From Candidatus Saccharimonadota bacterium (lineage in GTDB: Bacteria > Patescibacteriota > Gracilibacteria > UBA1369 > 2-02-FULL-48-14): DNA of 32,000 nt. The position numbers were made by a program, and so were the translations under genes. The stretch spans positions 270,001 to 302,000 of the forward strand of contig JBAZVE010000001.1 in the NCBI GenBank assembly GCA_041661045.1, read 5' to 3'. Within the stretch, counting starts at the first letter, position 1; the number at the start of each line of letters is the position of its first letter. The notes below the pieces were generated by a model. The model searched no databases. It saw only the letters and a list, made by a program, of their open reading frames with translations, and was not told the DNA's origin. Below are positions 31,974 through 32,000 of the stretch, piece by piece.

Positions 31974-32000
31974 GAGCGCATTGAGTCTGCTTTTTCTATT

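Overview
The window is a densely packed bacterial chromosomal segment of about 49% GC, read in the standard genetic code. I call 29 protein-coding genes, many with 4-11 nt start/stop overlaps. I found no rRNA, tRNA, CRISPR array, integrase, transposase or obvious mobile element.

Recognisable housekeeping genes:
- Purine synthesis: purH plus two archaeal-type PurP-like ATP-grasp genes.
- Envelope and division: uppP, a LysM-M23 peptidase, an SLH protein, a DUF4012-like protein, a GT4 glycosyltransferase, murG and ftsW.
- Other: yidD, mutL, alaS, miaB, a LemA-like gene and a VapC/antitoxin pair.

The small tightly coupled genes, near absence of Shine-Dalgarno sequences, compact AlaRS, bacterial PurP and many lineage-specific proteins suggest a small-genome, CPR/Patescibacteria-like organism. 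That placement is inference only. No database search was possible, so every homology call rests on motif recognition.

Most interesting unexplained content:
1. A two-gene module at 28159-32000, directly upstream of ftsW-murG. It encodes an 875-aa protein built from about five tandem ~132-aa helical modules plus a PKPGAH repeat, and a Gly-rich membrane protein.
2. A divergent TrmB-like regulator and perfect palindrome, followed by a 38-Cys protein and a soluble TraD/VirD4-like P-loop ATPase. A second, zinc-ribbon-degenerate paralog of the Cys-rich protein lies 17 kb away.
3. A secreted, membrane-tethered protein whose mature N-terminus (Cys-Ser-Cys) and four-Cys pattern mimic the N-domain of metazoan TIMPs.
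4. Recurrent extended -10 elements (TGnTAnnnT) sitting 6-9 nt upstream of ATGs, which implies leaderless or near-leaderless mRNAs.
5. A G8 tract inside the candidate promoter spacer of the SLH surface-protein gene.
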